From Mobula hypostoma (Eukaryota): a stretch of 64,000 nucleotides of DNA. The notes under the pieces are model-generated. The model did not search any database. It saw only the letters and a program-made list of their open reading frames with translations, and was not told the DNA's origin. The stretch is from positions 24,182,001 through 24,246,000 of the forward strand of contig NC_086097.1 of the NCBI RefSeq assembly GCF_963921235.1. Reading direction: 5' to 3'. Position numbers and translations under genes: made by a program. Shown here one piece after another: positions 51,297-64,000 of the stretch (its first letter is position 1; each line of letters opens with the position of its first letter).

Positions 51297-52142
51297 GTAG
51301 TAGTAGTAGTAGTCATACTTTATTGATCTGGAGGGAAATTGGTTTTCGTTACAGTTTCACCATAAATAATTAAATAGGAATAAAACTATAAATAGTTAAA
51401 TAGTAATATGTAAATTATGCCAGGGAATAAGTCCAGGACCAGCCTATTGGCTCAGGGTGTCTGACCCTCCAAGGGAGGAGTTGTAAAGTTTGATGGCCAC
51501 AGGCAGGAATGACTTCCTATGACGCTCTGTGTTGCATCTCGGTGGAATGAGTCTCTGGCTGAATGTACTCCTGTGCCCACCCTGTACATTATGTAGTGGA
51601 TGGGAGACATTGTCCAAGATGGCATGCAACTTGGACAGCATTCTCTTTTCAGACACCACCGTCAGAGAGTCCAGTTCCATCCCCACAGCATCATTGGCCT
51701 TACGAATGAGTTTGTTGATTCTGTTGGTGTCTGCTACCCTCAGCGTGCTGACCCAACACACAACAGCAAACATGATAGCACTGGCCACCACAGACTCGTA
51801 GAACATCCTCAGCATCATCCGGCAGACGCTAAAGGACCTCAGTCTCCTTAGGAAATAGAGACGGCTCTGACTCTTCTTGTAGACAGCCTCAGTGTTCTTT
51901 GACCAGTCCAGTTTATTGTCAATTCGTATCCCCAGGTATTTGTTATCCTCCACCATGTCCACACTGATCCCCTGGATGGAAACAAGGGTCACCGGTACCT
52001 TAGCTCTCCTCAGGTCTACCACCAGCTCCTTAGTCTTTTTCACATTAAGCTGCAGATAATTCTGCTCACACCATGTGTCAAAGTTTCCTACCGTAGCCCT
52101 GTACTCAGCCTCATCTCCCTTGCTGATGCATCCAACTATGGT
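51297..52142 (-). mobile_element. Young Rex1/Babar LINE RT fragment (ORF 51444-52166)
   Basis: WCEQNYLQLNVKKTKELVVD..KYLGI..RLYFLRRLRSF..FYESVVAS..SFLPVAIKLYN; (cta)n tail. Confidence 0.9.
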
Positions 52143-52147
52143 AGAAA

Positions 52148-53130
52148 GTGTATTCTGCCTGGACATCAGTAACCAGTGGTGTTCTGCAGGGATCAGCTCT
52201 GGGATCCCTACTCTTGGTCATTTTTATAAATGACTTGGATGAAGAAGTGGAAGAGTGGGTTAGTAAGTTTGTAGATGACACAAAGCTTGGTGGAGTTGTG
52301 GGTAGTATAGAAGGTTACAACAGGACATTGATAGGATGCAGAGTTGGGCTGAGAAGTGGCAGATGGAGTTCAATCCAGAAAAGCGTGAAGTGAGTCACTT
52401 TGAAGGTCAAACATGGAGATAGAGTTACGGGTTAATGGTAGAATTCTTAGCAGTGTGGAGGAACAAAAGGATCCAGAGATCCAAGTCCATGCATCCCTCA
52501 AAGTTGCCATGCAAGTTGATAGGATGGTTAAAAATGTTTAGGATGTATCAGCCTTCATGTTAGGGGAGTGAGTTCAAGAGCTGTGAGGTAATGTTGCAGC
52601 TCTATAAAATTCTAGTTAGGCCACGCTTGGAATATTGTGTTCCGTCCTGGTCACCTCATTACAGGAAGGATGTGGAAGCTTGAGAGAGGACGCAGAGAAG
52701 ATTTACTGGGATGCTGCCTGGATTAGAGAGTATGCCTTATGAGCAAAGATGAAGTGAGCTTGGGTTTTTCTCTTTTGAGAAAAGGAGGATGAGAGCCGAA
52801 TTGATAGAGATGTATCAGATGATAAAATAGACAGCCAGCGCCATTTTTGACAGGGCTGCAATAGCTAATATGAGAGGGCATAATTTTAAAGTGATTGGAG
52901 GAAATTACAGGGGAACGTCAGAGGGTGGTAGTGCTTGGAACGCACTGCCAGGATGATAGTAAAGGGATACATTAGAGACTCTTTCAGAGACTCGTAGATA
53001 GGCAGATGGATGAAAGAGAAATGGAGGCCTATGTGGGAGTGAAGGGACAGATTGAATTTGGAGTAGGTTAAAAGTTCAGCAAAACATCATGGCCAAGAGA
53101 CCTGTACTGTGCAGTACTGTTCTATGTTCC
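52148..53130 (+). mobile_element. Decayed CR1 RT to 3' UTR
   Basis: [35 protein letters not shown]; several stops. Confidence 0.9.
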
Positions 53131-54172
53131 ACGCAGCAGTAATAAATCTACTGTGCTTGAGAACTTTTGAGGAAAGAACTCCAGGGCTTAGGAATGAGGC
53201 AACTGAAGCTACAGCTTCCAGTGGTGGAACCATTAAAAGTGTCAATAATCAGGAAACCTGTAATTGGAAGAGTTGAGTTTTCTGAAAGACATGATGGAAT
53301 GGCAGAGATCACAGGGGTGAAGACAAGTGTGTGGGGGTGGGGGAGGAGTTGAAAACAAGAATAAGAATCTTTAAGTTGTGGTCCAGGGGATCACAACAGG
53401 CAATGAATGAAAAAGAGGCAGTTTGGCCACTGGACATAAAGAAAGCCCAGGTTTACAGAATCAGGGGTGAGGAGGCTGGACATGTGTTTCTACAGGTAGG
53501 CGAGGAACTGGTCTCTGTTGTTAAGGTACGGGAGGGTAGGGTCAAGAGGACACAAGTAGTGATCAACTGTGTCCATCTGCATCTTGTTAATGCTTCCAAA
53601 CCAGCACAACCACCCATTCCCATCCACCCTCACCAATACGTCCCCACCCTTGTCCTGTTTCAGGAAAAACAGCAACACTGACGCTTCTCCATAAAGAAAT
53701 CTGACTCTGCTTTGATTTTGATGTTTGCCTGCAGATAATGAATTTTCAATTGAGATCTTAACAATTGATAAACCCATTGCAACAGGAGGTAATTGGCAGC
53801 GCTCAATTCTTCATTCAGAATTTAGACTCCGTTAATCGGCTTTTAAGACATCCCTGTGAAAACACCTTCACAATTTGGCTGTGATGCCGTCATTTGATTC
53901 TTTGCGTCCCAATCCAATGCCTCCCCATCAGCAGTTAACTGATGGGATGGAGGGCAACAGGGTTGATCACATTTTATATCTTACTTGACCCTGACCTTTC
54001 ACATCATCATTTTCTTCTCCCTCGGTAACAGAGGCCAGCTCCTCTCCTATCTGTGGAAACACATATTCGGGCCCCTGCCTGACTATCACAATGCAACCTT
54101 GGCCAACCTTTGTAAGCATGGGCTTTCCCTATGTCTCTTGCTTATTCAAACAACTCATATTGTTCAAACTTA

Positions 54173-54625
54173 CGCCAAATGGCCACTTTATTAGGTACAC
54201 CAGTACTCCTGCTCGTTAATGCAAATATTTAATTAGCCAATCAAGTGACAATGACTCATTGCATAAAAGCATGCAGACATGGTCAAGAGGTTCAGTTGTT
54301 GTTCAGACCAAACTTCAGAATGGGAACAAAATGCAATCTAAGTGACTTTGACCATGGGATGTTTGTTGGCACCAGACAGGGCAGTTTGAGTATCTTAGAA
54401 ATCGCTGATCACCTGCAATTTTCACGTACAACAGTTTCTAGAATTTACAGAGAATGGTGCAAAGAAATGAAAGCAAAAATTCACTTTAGTCTGTGGGCTA
54501 AAGTGCAAGGAAATCAGAGGAGACTGGCCAGACTGGTTCAAGCTGACAGGAAGGCAACAGTGAGTCAAATAACCACACGTTACAACAGTGATGTGCAGAA
54601 GAGCATCACTGAACACTCAACATGT
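54173..54625 (+). mobile_element. Tc1-like non-autonomous element, 3'-truncated
   Basis: Left TIR; MGTKCNLSDFDHGMFVGTRQGSLSILEIADHLQFSRTTVSRIYREW. Confidence 0.85.
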
Positions 54626-56209
54626 CTACTCTAACTGTCTAAATGTATTGCACAGGAACCATTGCCTTATCTCTGCCTTACTAGAATATTAGGATAGCTG
54701 ACAAATTAGGTAAGATTCAAAGAAGCAGGGGGATGTAGAGGGGTTAATGTAGAAGTATGGGAATGTAAGATTGATTCCTGTCATTTTTTTTACAACTTAA
54801 TTCTCTCAGGGTAGGCCCAATATGAAAACAAGGGTTTGTCAGAAGCATGAGAGACACAGAAGTCTGCTGACACTGGGACCTGGATCAAAAATCGAGCTGT
54901 TGGAGGGAATCAGCAGGATAAGTAGCATCTGTGGAGAAGAACGAAAATTCAACATTTCCCTTCCACTCTTGAGTTCAATCTTCAAAGTTCAAAGTAAATT
55001 TATTATTAAAATACGTACATGTCACCATATACTAGGTCATTTTCTTGCCGACATTCACAGTAGAACAGAGAAATTCAGTAAAGCCAACGAAAAACTACAC
55101 ACAAACAAGATTGGCAATAACAATGGAAAGGAGATAAAATCGACAGACTGTACAATAAAAATGGAAAAAAAGAAAAATAAGCAAACAAACAAACAAATAA
55201 ATAGATCAATAGGTAAACAGATTGATAGATCTGAGAGCATGAATTGTAGAGTCCTTGAATCAGTTCAGTTTTGAGCTGAGTGAAGATATCCACACTGTTT
55301 CAGTGTGGAAGGGATTTGATCCGAAGTGTTGAAGGTCCATTGCCCTTCACAGATACTGCCTGACCTGTTGTTTTCCTCCAGCACCTCATTTCTTGCCAGA
55401 AACCCTCCTCAACCAGACAGGATATTAGAATGGAGGAATTAACTTGGATTAATGAAAGCTAATTGAGCTGCAACTGTTAATCCTATTTCAATAAATGCTA
55501 GCAAAACTGATGAGCGCATTCAGCACTTATTGGAGTTTCCCTTTCATTTCCAGCTTTTGGGTTTGTACTCATTATGGCACAGCAGGAGGTCAAACGGTCA
55601 GTGCCAGATTCAAGGTGTGCAATGTCATTCAGCCCATACTCTCCTCTCCTAATTGATATTGATACTGGAATTGGTTTATTCTTGTCACACGTCCCAAATT
55701 ACAGTGAAAAGCTTGTCTTGCATACTGTTCACACAGATCAACTTATTATACAGTGCATTGAAGTAGAATAAGATAAAAAGATGCGGAATAAAGGGCAAAA
55801 TTACTGAAAAAGTGCGGTGCTGGCAAACGATAAACTATATCATGAGGTAGATTGTGAGGTCAAGAGACCATTCTATTGCACAAGAAGTGCATTCAAGAAC
55901 CTGATAGCACTGGATAGAAGCTGTATTTGAGTCTGGTGACATGTACTTTTTGGCTTCTTCATCTTTGGCCTGATGGGAAAGGAGGTCTTTAGATTATGCT
56001 GGCTGCTTTACTGAGGTAGTGGGAAGTAAAGACAGAGTCCATAGAGGGGAGGCTGTGTACACAACTCCTTGCTGCTTCTTGAGTTCATGGGCAGAGCAGC
56101 TGCAATAGAGAGCTGTGGTTTATCCAAATATAGGTGGTGTATTGCTATCTCAGAGGAGCTGTCATGGACCCATCATATAAATATAATTGCAAAGAAAGCA
56201 CAACAGCTC

Positions 56210-56790
56210 AGGGGAGATTCAGCATGTCATTAACAACCACAGCAAACCTCTATAGATGTGTGGTGGAAAGTGCGCCGGCTGGCTGCATTATGGTCTGGTA
56301 TGGGAAAACCAATACTTTTGAGTGAGTGGAAAATTGTCCAAAAGTTAGTGGATTTGGCCCAGTACATCATAGGTAAAGCCCTCCCAACCATAGAGCACAC
56401 CTACTTGAAATACTGCCTTAGAAAAGCAGCAACCATCATCAAAGATCTTCACCACCTAGTCCATGCTCTTTTCATGACTCAGGACTTGCACTACCGGGTT
56501 CAAGAACACTTACTACCCCTCAACCATCAGGCGCTTGAACAAAAGGGGGTAACTACACTCATCCTACTTCTGGTGTTCCCACAATCGATGGTCTCACATG
56601 TAGGACCTTGTTATTCCATGCTTGTTATTTATTGCTATTATTTATATTTGCATTTACACAATTTGTTGTACATTGATCCTGTTTACACATACTGTTCTAA
56701 AGCTTTGCTAAGTATGCCAGCATATAAAGAATCATAGGGTTGTATGTGGTGACATGTACATACTCTGATAATAAATTTAACTTTGAACAT
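56210..56790 (+). mobile_element. Rex1/L2-type 3' fragment
   Basis: NLYRCVVES..GCIMVWYG; CLRKAATIIKDLHH; ataaatttaactttgaac tail. Confidence 0.8.
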
Positions 56791-58280
56791 TGATGGGATG
56801 CTTCCTATGGCCCATCAGTAAGAATTGGCAAGTGCCAACGAGGTTCTGCCAAATTTCTTTAGCCATTGGTGATCTTTCTTGACCATGACATCAACGTGAT
56901 TGGATCAGCAATTTTCACTATTGTCATATCAGCATTATTGTTTGCATTACTTCAGAATGCACTACAACCTTTGAGGCATCCTGTTGACTTGCATTCACTT
57001 CACCAATCATAATTAGCAGAATAAGTACACAGAAAAAGGCTAGTCAACCTATCATGACTCTGTAGGCTTTTAAAAAATGTTTAGTTCATCCAACTTTTAA
57101 AGAGAATTTACATAGATGTTGCTTGGGCCTTGAGGACTTGTGTTATAGAGATACTGTAGGTTGAACAGGTTGGGACTTTATTCCTGGAGCGCAGGAGAAC
57201 GAGGGGTGATTTTATGCAAAATTAGAGGATGAAATCATGCAAGCTTTTCCCCACAGATTGAGTTAAACTAGTCATAGGTTTAGGACGAAAGATTAAATAT
57301 TTTGGGAGAATCTGAGGGGGGGCAGGATAAACTTTTTCACTCAAAACATGGTGTGAGTGTGGAACAAGCCACTGGCACAAGTGGTGAATGCAAGTTCAAT
57401 TGTAACCTTAATAAGAGAAGTTTCGCTAAGGGCAGGATGAGAGGGGTATGGTTTCAGGTGCAGGTAGATAGAACTAGGCTGGACTAGATGGACCAAAAGC
57501 TATGCTTTGTGTGTTGCAGTGCTCTATGATTCCATGACTGTATGATATATCTAACTGCAAGCAATGCATTTATTACATGAAATGACACTGTATGTCTGAC
57601 ACAGAAATACAATGTTCAGCCCAACATAATCTTTAATATCATCGCACCACAACTCGACCCCCCCAACTTCCTCAATCAAGAGCCATCATGGCAAACTTCT
57701 GGGATTATCTCACACCCAACAAAGGACTAACATCAAGGCTAATCATCGCATTAACCATTAAGTGAAGAGCAAAACCACCAGGCTTTCTTCATATCATAGA
57801 CAGGTGTTCTATAGTAATACCATCTGTAACCTTGGGATATTACAAAGCCTTTTACAGGCAATGTTTCTAATGTGTTAGTTGAAAGTGTAAAAATCCTATT
57901 TTTACAAAGGAAGGCCCAACAACCATCAAGGAAATAATTGACAAAAGGATGTGTTACTAAGTGGTAAAGGCTGAGGAATAGATATCCGTGAGGATATTGG
58001 GAAGGGTCCCTTGCTCTTCCCACAATGTTCCTGTGGACTGCCTTTTGTGGGAGTTGACAACTTCATCTGAGCTGTTTTTCTGGTGTTAAAGCATTGTTTC
58101 TTGTCACCATAACAGTATTTTGAAAAGCCTTATAAAGACCTTGGAATTCAACCATTCCTTTTAAAAAACAGTAATGTTGGGCATGACACGAGGAATTCTG
58201 CAGATGCTGGAAATTCAAGCAATACACATCAAAGTTGCTGGTGAACGCAGCAGGCCAGGCAGCATCTCTAGGAAGAGGTA

Positions 58281-58317
58281 CAGTCGACGTTTCGGGCCGA
58301 GACCCTTCGTCAGGACT
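58281..58317 (-). ncRNA. Minimal hammerhead ribozyme motif (intact core)
   Basis: AGUC-CUGACGA-A-GGGUCUCGGCCC-GAAACGUC-GACUG. Confidence 0.78.
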
Positions 58318-58374
58318 AACTGGAGGAAGAGATAGTAAGCACTTTCAAATCTTTTACTAGCTCTTCCTTCAGTT

Positions 58375-58411
58375 AGTCCTGACGAAGGGTCTCGGCCCGA
58401 AATGTTGACCG
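58375..58411 (+). ncRNA. Minimal hammerhead motif, CpG-decayed copy
   Basis: AGUC-CUGACGA-A-GGGUCUCGGCCC-GAAAUGUU-GACCG. Confidence 0.6.
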
Positions 58412-59019
58412 TACCTCTTCCTGGAGATGCTGCCTGGCCTGCTGCGTTCACCAGCAACTTTGAAAGTTGGGCATGACATCTTCAGGAAGTGATGCCTCAA
58501 AAAGGCTGCATCCATCATTAAGGCCCTCCAGCACCCAGGACATGCCCTCTTCTCTTTGCCACCATCAGGAAGGAGGTACAGAAGCCTGAAAGAACACACT
58601 CAACGACTCAGAAACAGCTTCTTCCCCTCTGCCATCTGATTTCTGAATGGACATTGATCCCATGAACACTACCTCACTACTTGTGTTTCACTTTTTGCTC
58701 TCCATATTTAATATAACTTTTAAAATATACATATATATTTACTGTAACTTATAGCTTTTTACTGTTATGTTTTGCAATATGCTGCTGCATAACAACAAAT
58801 TTCAAGACATAGGTCAGTAATATGAAACCTAATTCTGATTTGGATCCTCTTGTGCGAGGCTGTGTCATTTCAGTATCTTGATTAAACCTCTTATAAAGTA
58901 AAAATTAATTCTCGATCTCTCAGTATTCCTCATCTTAGCCTTTGCTCTTCCTTTGTCCACCATCATTGCACTTTCTCTGTCTCCAAGGCACTATAGAGAT
59001 GTTTCGATGAAGTTGTATG

Positions 59020-59570
59020 AGATTTGGGAGATTGGTTGACGTGATATAAAATGTTGATGAGACCAGATCTGGAGTACTGTGAGCAATTGCCATCACCTAC
59101 CTACAGAAACGATATCAATAAGATTGAAAGAATAGAGAGAAAATTTACAACCATGTTGCTGAGACCTGTGGACCTGAGTTATCGAGAATGACTGTATAGA
59201 TTTGGACTTTATTTCCTAGAGCATAAGAGAATAAGAGGCAATTTGATAGAGGTATACAAAATTATGAGGGGTGTAGATAGGGTAAATGCACGCAGGCTTT
59301 TTCCACTGAGGTTGCGTGAAACTTCAACTAGTGGTCACAGGTTAAGGGTGAAAGGTGAAATATGTAAGGGGAACCTGAGGGGGAATTGAGAGGGTGGTGC
59401 AAGTGTGGAATGAGCTGCCAGAGGAAGTGGTGGACATAGATTTGATTTCAGAATTTAAGAGAAGTTTGGATAGGTACGTCAGCAGAAGGGAGATGGAGAG
59501 CTATGGTACGGATCGACTGGATGGGCTGAAGGGCATGTTTCTGTGCTACAGTGCTCTATGGCTCTATGAC
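59020..59570 (+). mobile_element. CR1 3' fragment
   Basis: gagaccagatctggagtactgtg...VWNELPEEVV..FKRSLDRY. Confidence 0.85.
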
Positions 59571-61524
59571 TCTTTATTCTGCATCCCTTTTCTCCCCATG
59601 TTACATCCTCACGGCACTTACATATAGAACGATCTGACTGTACGACATCAAGCAGAGCACACCTCAGCGCATATTAGATCGGGAGTTGCTGGACGGCACA
59701 GCCCGAAAGGCCAGAGGGCCTATTCTACACTGTATCTCAATAAATATATAAAAGTAAATAAACAAATGTGAAAATAATACATCTGTTACCAAACAACTAG
59801 CTTAATGGGGAGAAAGCAGGAGGGTAGGATTGTAAGGGATAATAAATCAGCCATGATTGAATGTCAGAGCAGACAATGTATTGAATGGCTTAATTCTGCT
59901 CCTATGACCAATGTTCTCAGGTTGATCTTCTCACAGTTGCCCACACTTAGCCTTGCAGCTGAGATCTCCTCAGCCAGTCTGGATGCAGGGTGCAATGCCA
60001 CCAGCACTCCTCCAGGTCACAGAGAGGCAAGTGACGGTGGCAGTGATTCCTGAGGGCAGGGAGTATGCAGCCAGGTTTACCGTGAGGAAATCCAAGAGCT
60101 GCTGCCCCCTACCACCCACAAGAGGGATCAGAATGAGAAACAGAATCAAAATTATTATGTGAATTATTCACTCTGCAATCTGTTGTTATGCAGCAGCAGT
60201 ACAATGCTAAGACATAAAATCACCGTAAACTGCCGGCACTGCACTTTCCCTGTAACTGTCACACTTCATTCTGCACTCTGTTATTGTTTTACCCTGTTCT
60301 ACCTAAAGGCACTGTTGTAAGAATTGATCTGTGCGAACAGAACGCATGACAAGTTGTTCACTATACCTCGGAACGTGTAATAATTAAAAAAAAAACAATT
60401 TACTAATTTACCAAGTTACCAATTGAACAAGTAGTGGGGAAAAAGGGAGTAATGGACTGTTCAGTACGGAGAATACTTTCAAGGAAATTGCCAAGATTAG
60501 TGGACCTGATCAGTAGGGAAAGATTGAATAGGTTAGCACTTCATTCTCCAGTGAGTGAGAGAGGGAAAACTGTTCCTGAATCACTGAATGTGGGTACTTG
60601 CTCACTGACGGTGGTACTACTGTGGTGTGGGTAACACCACAGAGGTCTTCAAGACCACAGTCAAGTAACTGGCAGTAGGTTCCCTGGACATGAGTGAATG
60701 CTCTGAGTGATTGTACCTTGAGGAAACGTACAATGGCAGCAGATGATAAGCAGTATAGTTGTATAGCTGGTCTGCTTGCTGATGGAGAAATGGGTGAATT
60801 CAGAAGAAACCGCAGATGCTGGAATCTGGAGCATACTCAGCAGGTCAGGCAGCATCTATGGAGAGAAATACTCTGTCAATGGCTCAGACAGAGCCCCTTC
60901 CTCAGGGCTGTAAAGGAAGGGGGAAGAAGCCAGAACAAGGAGGTGAGGGAAGGAGAAGGAGTACAAGTTGGCAGGTGATAGGTGAGATGAGGTAAGAGGT
61001 AAGGTGGGTGAGTGGGGGAGGGATATGAGCTAAGAAGCTGGGAGATGATATTTGGACAGAGTAGAGGGCTGAAGAAGAAGGAATTTGTGACATTTCGCGT
61101 AGAGACCCTTTATCTGTTCCTGTCTGTCCACGTCTCCTCCATAGATTCTGATATATCTGCTGAGTTCCTCCAGCTTTTTGAGAAAGGAATGAAGTCTGGT
61201 GTTGTGGAGTAGAAACCATCAGTGACCTTCTCAATGCAAACTCTGGTGTAGGTCTTCCTTCAGCTGATGAGGCTGGAATGATCCTCAGGCTGGGAAGCTG
61301 AGAGTAACACCCTGTCTTCCACTCTCAGGACAGTGCAAGCACATATGTGAGCTTCTACTTGAAGTTATATGAGGTCACGGATAAGGATGAGTGGTCACTG
61401 CATCTCCTCGAAGTGCAGGTAACAGAATGTCTTACTGAAAGACCTGAGTTCGTAAGTATAGGGTGCTGAGTGTTTGCAGTGTCATGGACCCTGTAGGTCC
61501 TTTCCATACCACTTTGCGTTGGCT

Positions 61525-61800
61525 ATGTGGATTCAGAATCTACTTGCCCACAGAAGGCTCAGGGTGGTAGTTGAGGCAATGTAGTCTGTCTGGAAGTCCA
61601 TGACTAGTCGTGTATCACAGGGATCTGTTTTGGGACCCCTGCCCTCTGTGATTTTTATAAATGACTTGGATGAGGAAATGGAAAGGTTTACAGATGACAT
61701 GATGGTTGGTGGTGTTATGGATAGTGTAGAAGGTTGTCATAGGTTACAACAGCACATTGATAGGATGCAGAGCTGGGCTGAGAAGTGACAGATGGAGTTC
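61525..61800 (+). mobile_element. CR1 RT fragment
   Basis: [24 protein letters not shown]. Confidence 0.85.
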
Positions 61801-62599
61801 AGTACAGACGCATCTCCAAACTTCACCCCAACCTCGCTGTCACCATACCTTCATCTAGCGCATTCTACGACCATAAGGCATAGGCACAAAACTAAGCCAT
61901 TCAGCCTATTGATTCTACTCTGCTATTCCATCCTGGGTAATTTATTTTCCCTCTCAATCCCATTCTCCTGTCTCCTCCTGGTAACATTTGATGCACTTAC
62001 TAATCAACAACTTATTAATGTCCGCCTTAAGTATATCCATGAGCTCGAAAACTCTTTCCCTAAATCTCTTTGCTGCCGTTTCCTACTTTAAGAAAATGTA
62101 TGGAAATGGGTTGAGCTTAGAGAACCATCTTGATCGGCACTGATGAGTTGGGCTGAGGAGCCTGGTTCTGCGATGTATAACTCCATAACTCTGCGAAAAA
62201 GATTAAAGATCTTTTAAACATTATCTTTATTTGTCATGTGTACATCAAAGCATACCGTGAAATGTGTTGCTTGAATCAAATCAAATCAGTGAGGTATGTG
62301 CTGGGCAGCCCACAAGTTTCACGACTCTTCTGGCACAAACGTTACATGCCCACAACTTATTAGCCCTGTTGCTAGCTGTGCATTATTAGGATGTGGAAGG
62401 ACACCAGAGCGCCCAGAATAAACCCATGCAGACACGGGAAGAACACACGGACTCTTTAAAGACAGAGGAGGGATCTGAAACTCAATCGGTGACCACTGGT
62501 GCTGTAAACCACCACACTACTGTGCTGTGCCTCATCTGGTTCAGTGTCAAGTGTTACTGGTAAAGCTCCAACCTTTCAAGTTGAATGAAAGTTGTTCAT

Positions 62600-62680
62600 G
62601 TCATCAGTGTCAGCCAAGATTATATACTTAGGATATTCTGAGTGGGGCTTGGAACCTGTAACATTCTGACATTCATGTAA
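62600..62680 (-). mobile_element. DeuSINE-like head fragment
   Basis: gtgtcagccaagattat..gagtggggcttggaacctgtaacattctgac (reverse B-box). Confidence 0.5.
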
Positions 62681-63034
62681 TTGTGGTAGAGATTGCTATC
62701 TGTCGACATATGACTGACAATTGGCTAACAGTGTGGGATTACAGTATGAAAAAGTGGCTAAGCCTTTAATAGTCACCACAGAAAGCTCTAAATTTACCAA
62801 CTTGGTTGGCAAGGGAGAAAGGAGTCTGTTGTTTCTGAGGGATTGGGGAGAAACCCTCTGAGGTGTTTTCCTCATGTTCATTGTCTCAGTAGCAACACCA
62901 GAAAATCAGACTCTGGGGCCAGCAGGAGTTCAAATGGAAGACGCAGGAAAGTTTGCAGATTGACCTTGGAGCACAACATCATGGGCTGAAGGATCTGTAC
63001 TCTGCTGTACTGTTCTGTGTTCTAAGATTCTTGT

Positions 63035-63320
63035 GGAACTCAGCGAGCCATGCAGCAACTATGGAGGGAAATGGGCAGTCAACGTTTTAGGTCGGGACAC
63101 TTCATTAGAACTGGATAGGAAGAGGGCAGAAGCTGTAACAAAAGGGTAGAGGGATTGAGAGGAGCCACTCACTCTTCCCCTCCACCCACCTACCTACCTT
63201 CTGCCTTCTCACCTGGATTCACCTATCATCTACCAGCTGCTCCTTTTATACTGGCTTCTGCATTCTTCCTTTCCAGTCCTGATAAAGGGCTTCAATTGTC
63301 CATTTCCCTCCATTGATGTC
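63035..63320. mobile_element. Inverted pair of Penelope-type termini
   Basis: atggagggaaatgggcagt..actggataggaagagggcagaagc versus gcttctgcattcttcctttccagtcctgataaaggg..tccatttccctccat. Confidence 0.7.
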
Positions 63321-63389
63321 GATTGATTCTCTCCCTTTCTCCTGCAATCTGTCTGTTGATGTAGAAACTGTGGTTCCAGGGAGCACCAA

Positions 63390-63510
63390 CTATCTATCTA
63401 TCTGTCTATTGATCTATCTATCTATCTATCTAGCTGTCTATCTGTCTATCTATCTGTCTGTCTGTTGGTCCATCTGGCTATCTATCTATCTGCCTGTGTG
63501 TCTGCCTGCA
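63390..63510. repeat. (TCTA/TCTG)n microsatellite
   Basis: Direct. Confidence 0.95.
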
Positions 63511-63978
63511 AGGTTCAGTACAGTAGTGTAAAAAGTGACACACTGGTGTAGGGACAACATGGTATCATAGTGGTTTGCACCAGTAATCACCAGTGGGGGT
63601 TTGATTCCCGCTACTGTCTGTAGAGTTTGAATTTTCTCCCTGTGACCTCATGCTATGAAGTTGGTGATTACTTGTTGCCAGTAAATGAAGATCACATCAC
63701 TAATGACGCCAAGTTTCAGTCTGTACATTTCCCCCTCCTGTAAGATAATGGTCAAAAAGCTGTACTGCATAGAAACAGGGCCTTTGGCCCATCAGATGAT
63801 TCCTATCTGAACTACTTGCAGCTGCATCAAGAAACTTAGCATCTTTGTTATATGTTACCCACTTTTTAACCTGTGTACCTGTGTGCTCTAGGAATTCATC
63901 TCCAATGCTGTTTCTGACCTCTTGGAATGTGTTGACCCACCTTTACTGAGTGCTGAAGCTTTGTAAGCTGTCCCTAGG

Positions 63979-64000
63979 GTGTGTGTGTGTGTGTGTGTGT
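63979..64000. repeat. (GT)n microsatellite running off the window
   Basis: Direct. Confidence 0.95.

Larger units (their letters stand above)
58189..58465. mobile_element. Palindromic Penelope-terminus insertion (110-bp arms)
   Basis: Arms 58229-58338 and 58354-58463; TSD gttgggcatgaca at 58176-58188 and 58466-58478. Confidence 0.9.

Noticed and set aside
63313..63531. LSIY-repeat hydrophobic ORF
   Set aside because: Translation of a (TCTA)n microsatellite.

Overview
This is eukaryotic, repeat-dense, non-coding DNA, either intergenic or a large intron. The repeat mix (CR1, Rex1/L2, V-SINE, DeuSINE, Penelope) suggests a cartilaginous fish, probably a ray; that is an inference. I found no recognisable host-gene exon, tRNA, rRNA or CRISPR array, and every credible ORF is a transposon fragment. 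Retroelements include many 5'-truncated CR1, Rex1/L2 and RTE LINEs, a Hero-type RLE 3' end, a solo LTR, and a young Penelope-like element (RT + GIY-YIG) with a perfect 16-bp target-site duplication (TSD). DNA-transposon derivatives include Tc1, pogo/Tigger and hAT non-autonomous copies. The most notable signal is a minimal hammerhead-ribozyme motif (CUGANGA...GAAACGUC) in the Penelope terminus. This terminus recurs about 15 times, often as short head-to-head inverted pairs, the best being a 110-bp-arm palindrome with a 13-bp TSD. Also seen are Tc1 derivatives with doubled (hairpin) TIR ends and several repeat-free AT-rich islands that may be conserved enhancers. Family names come from motif recall, not database searches, and boundaries of old repeats are approximate.
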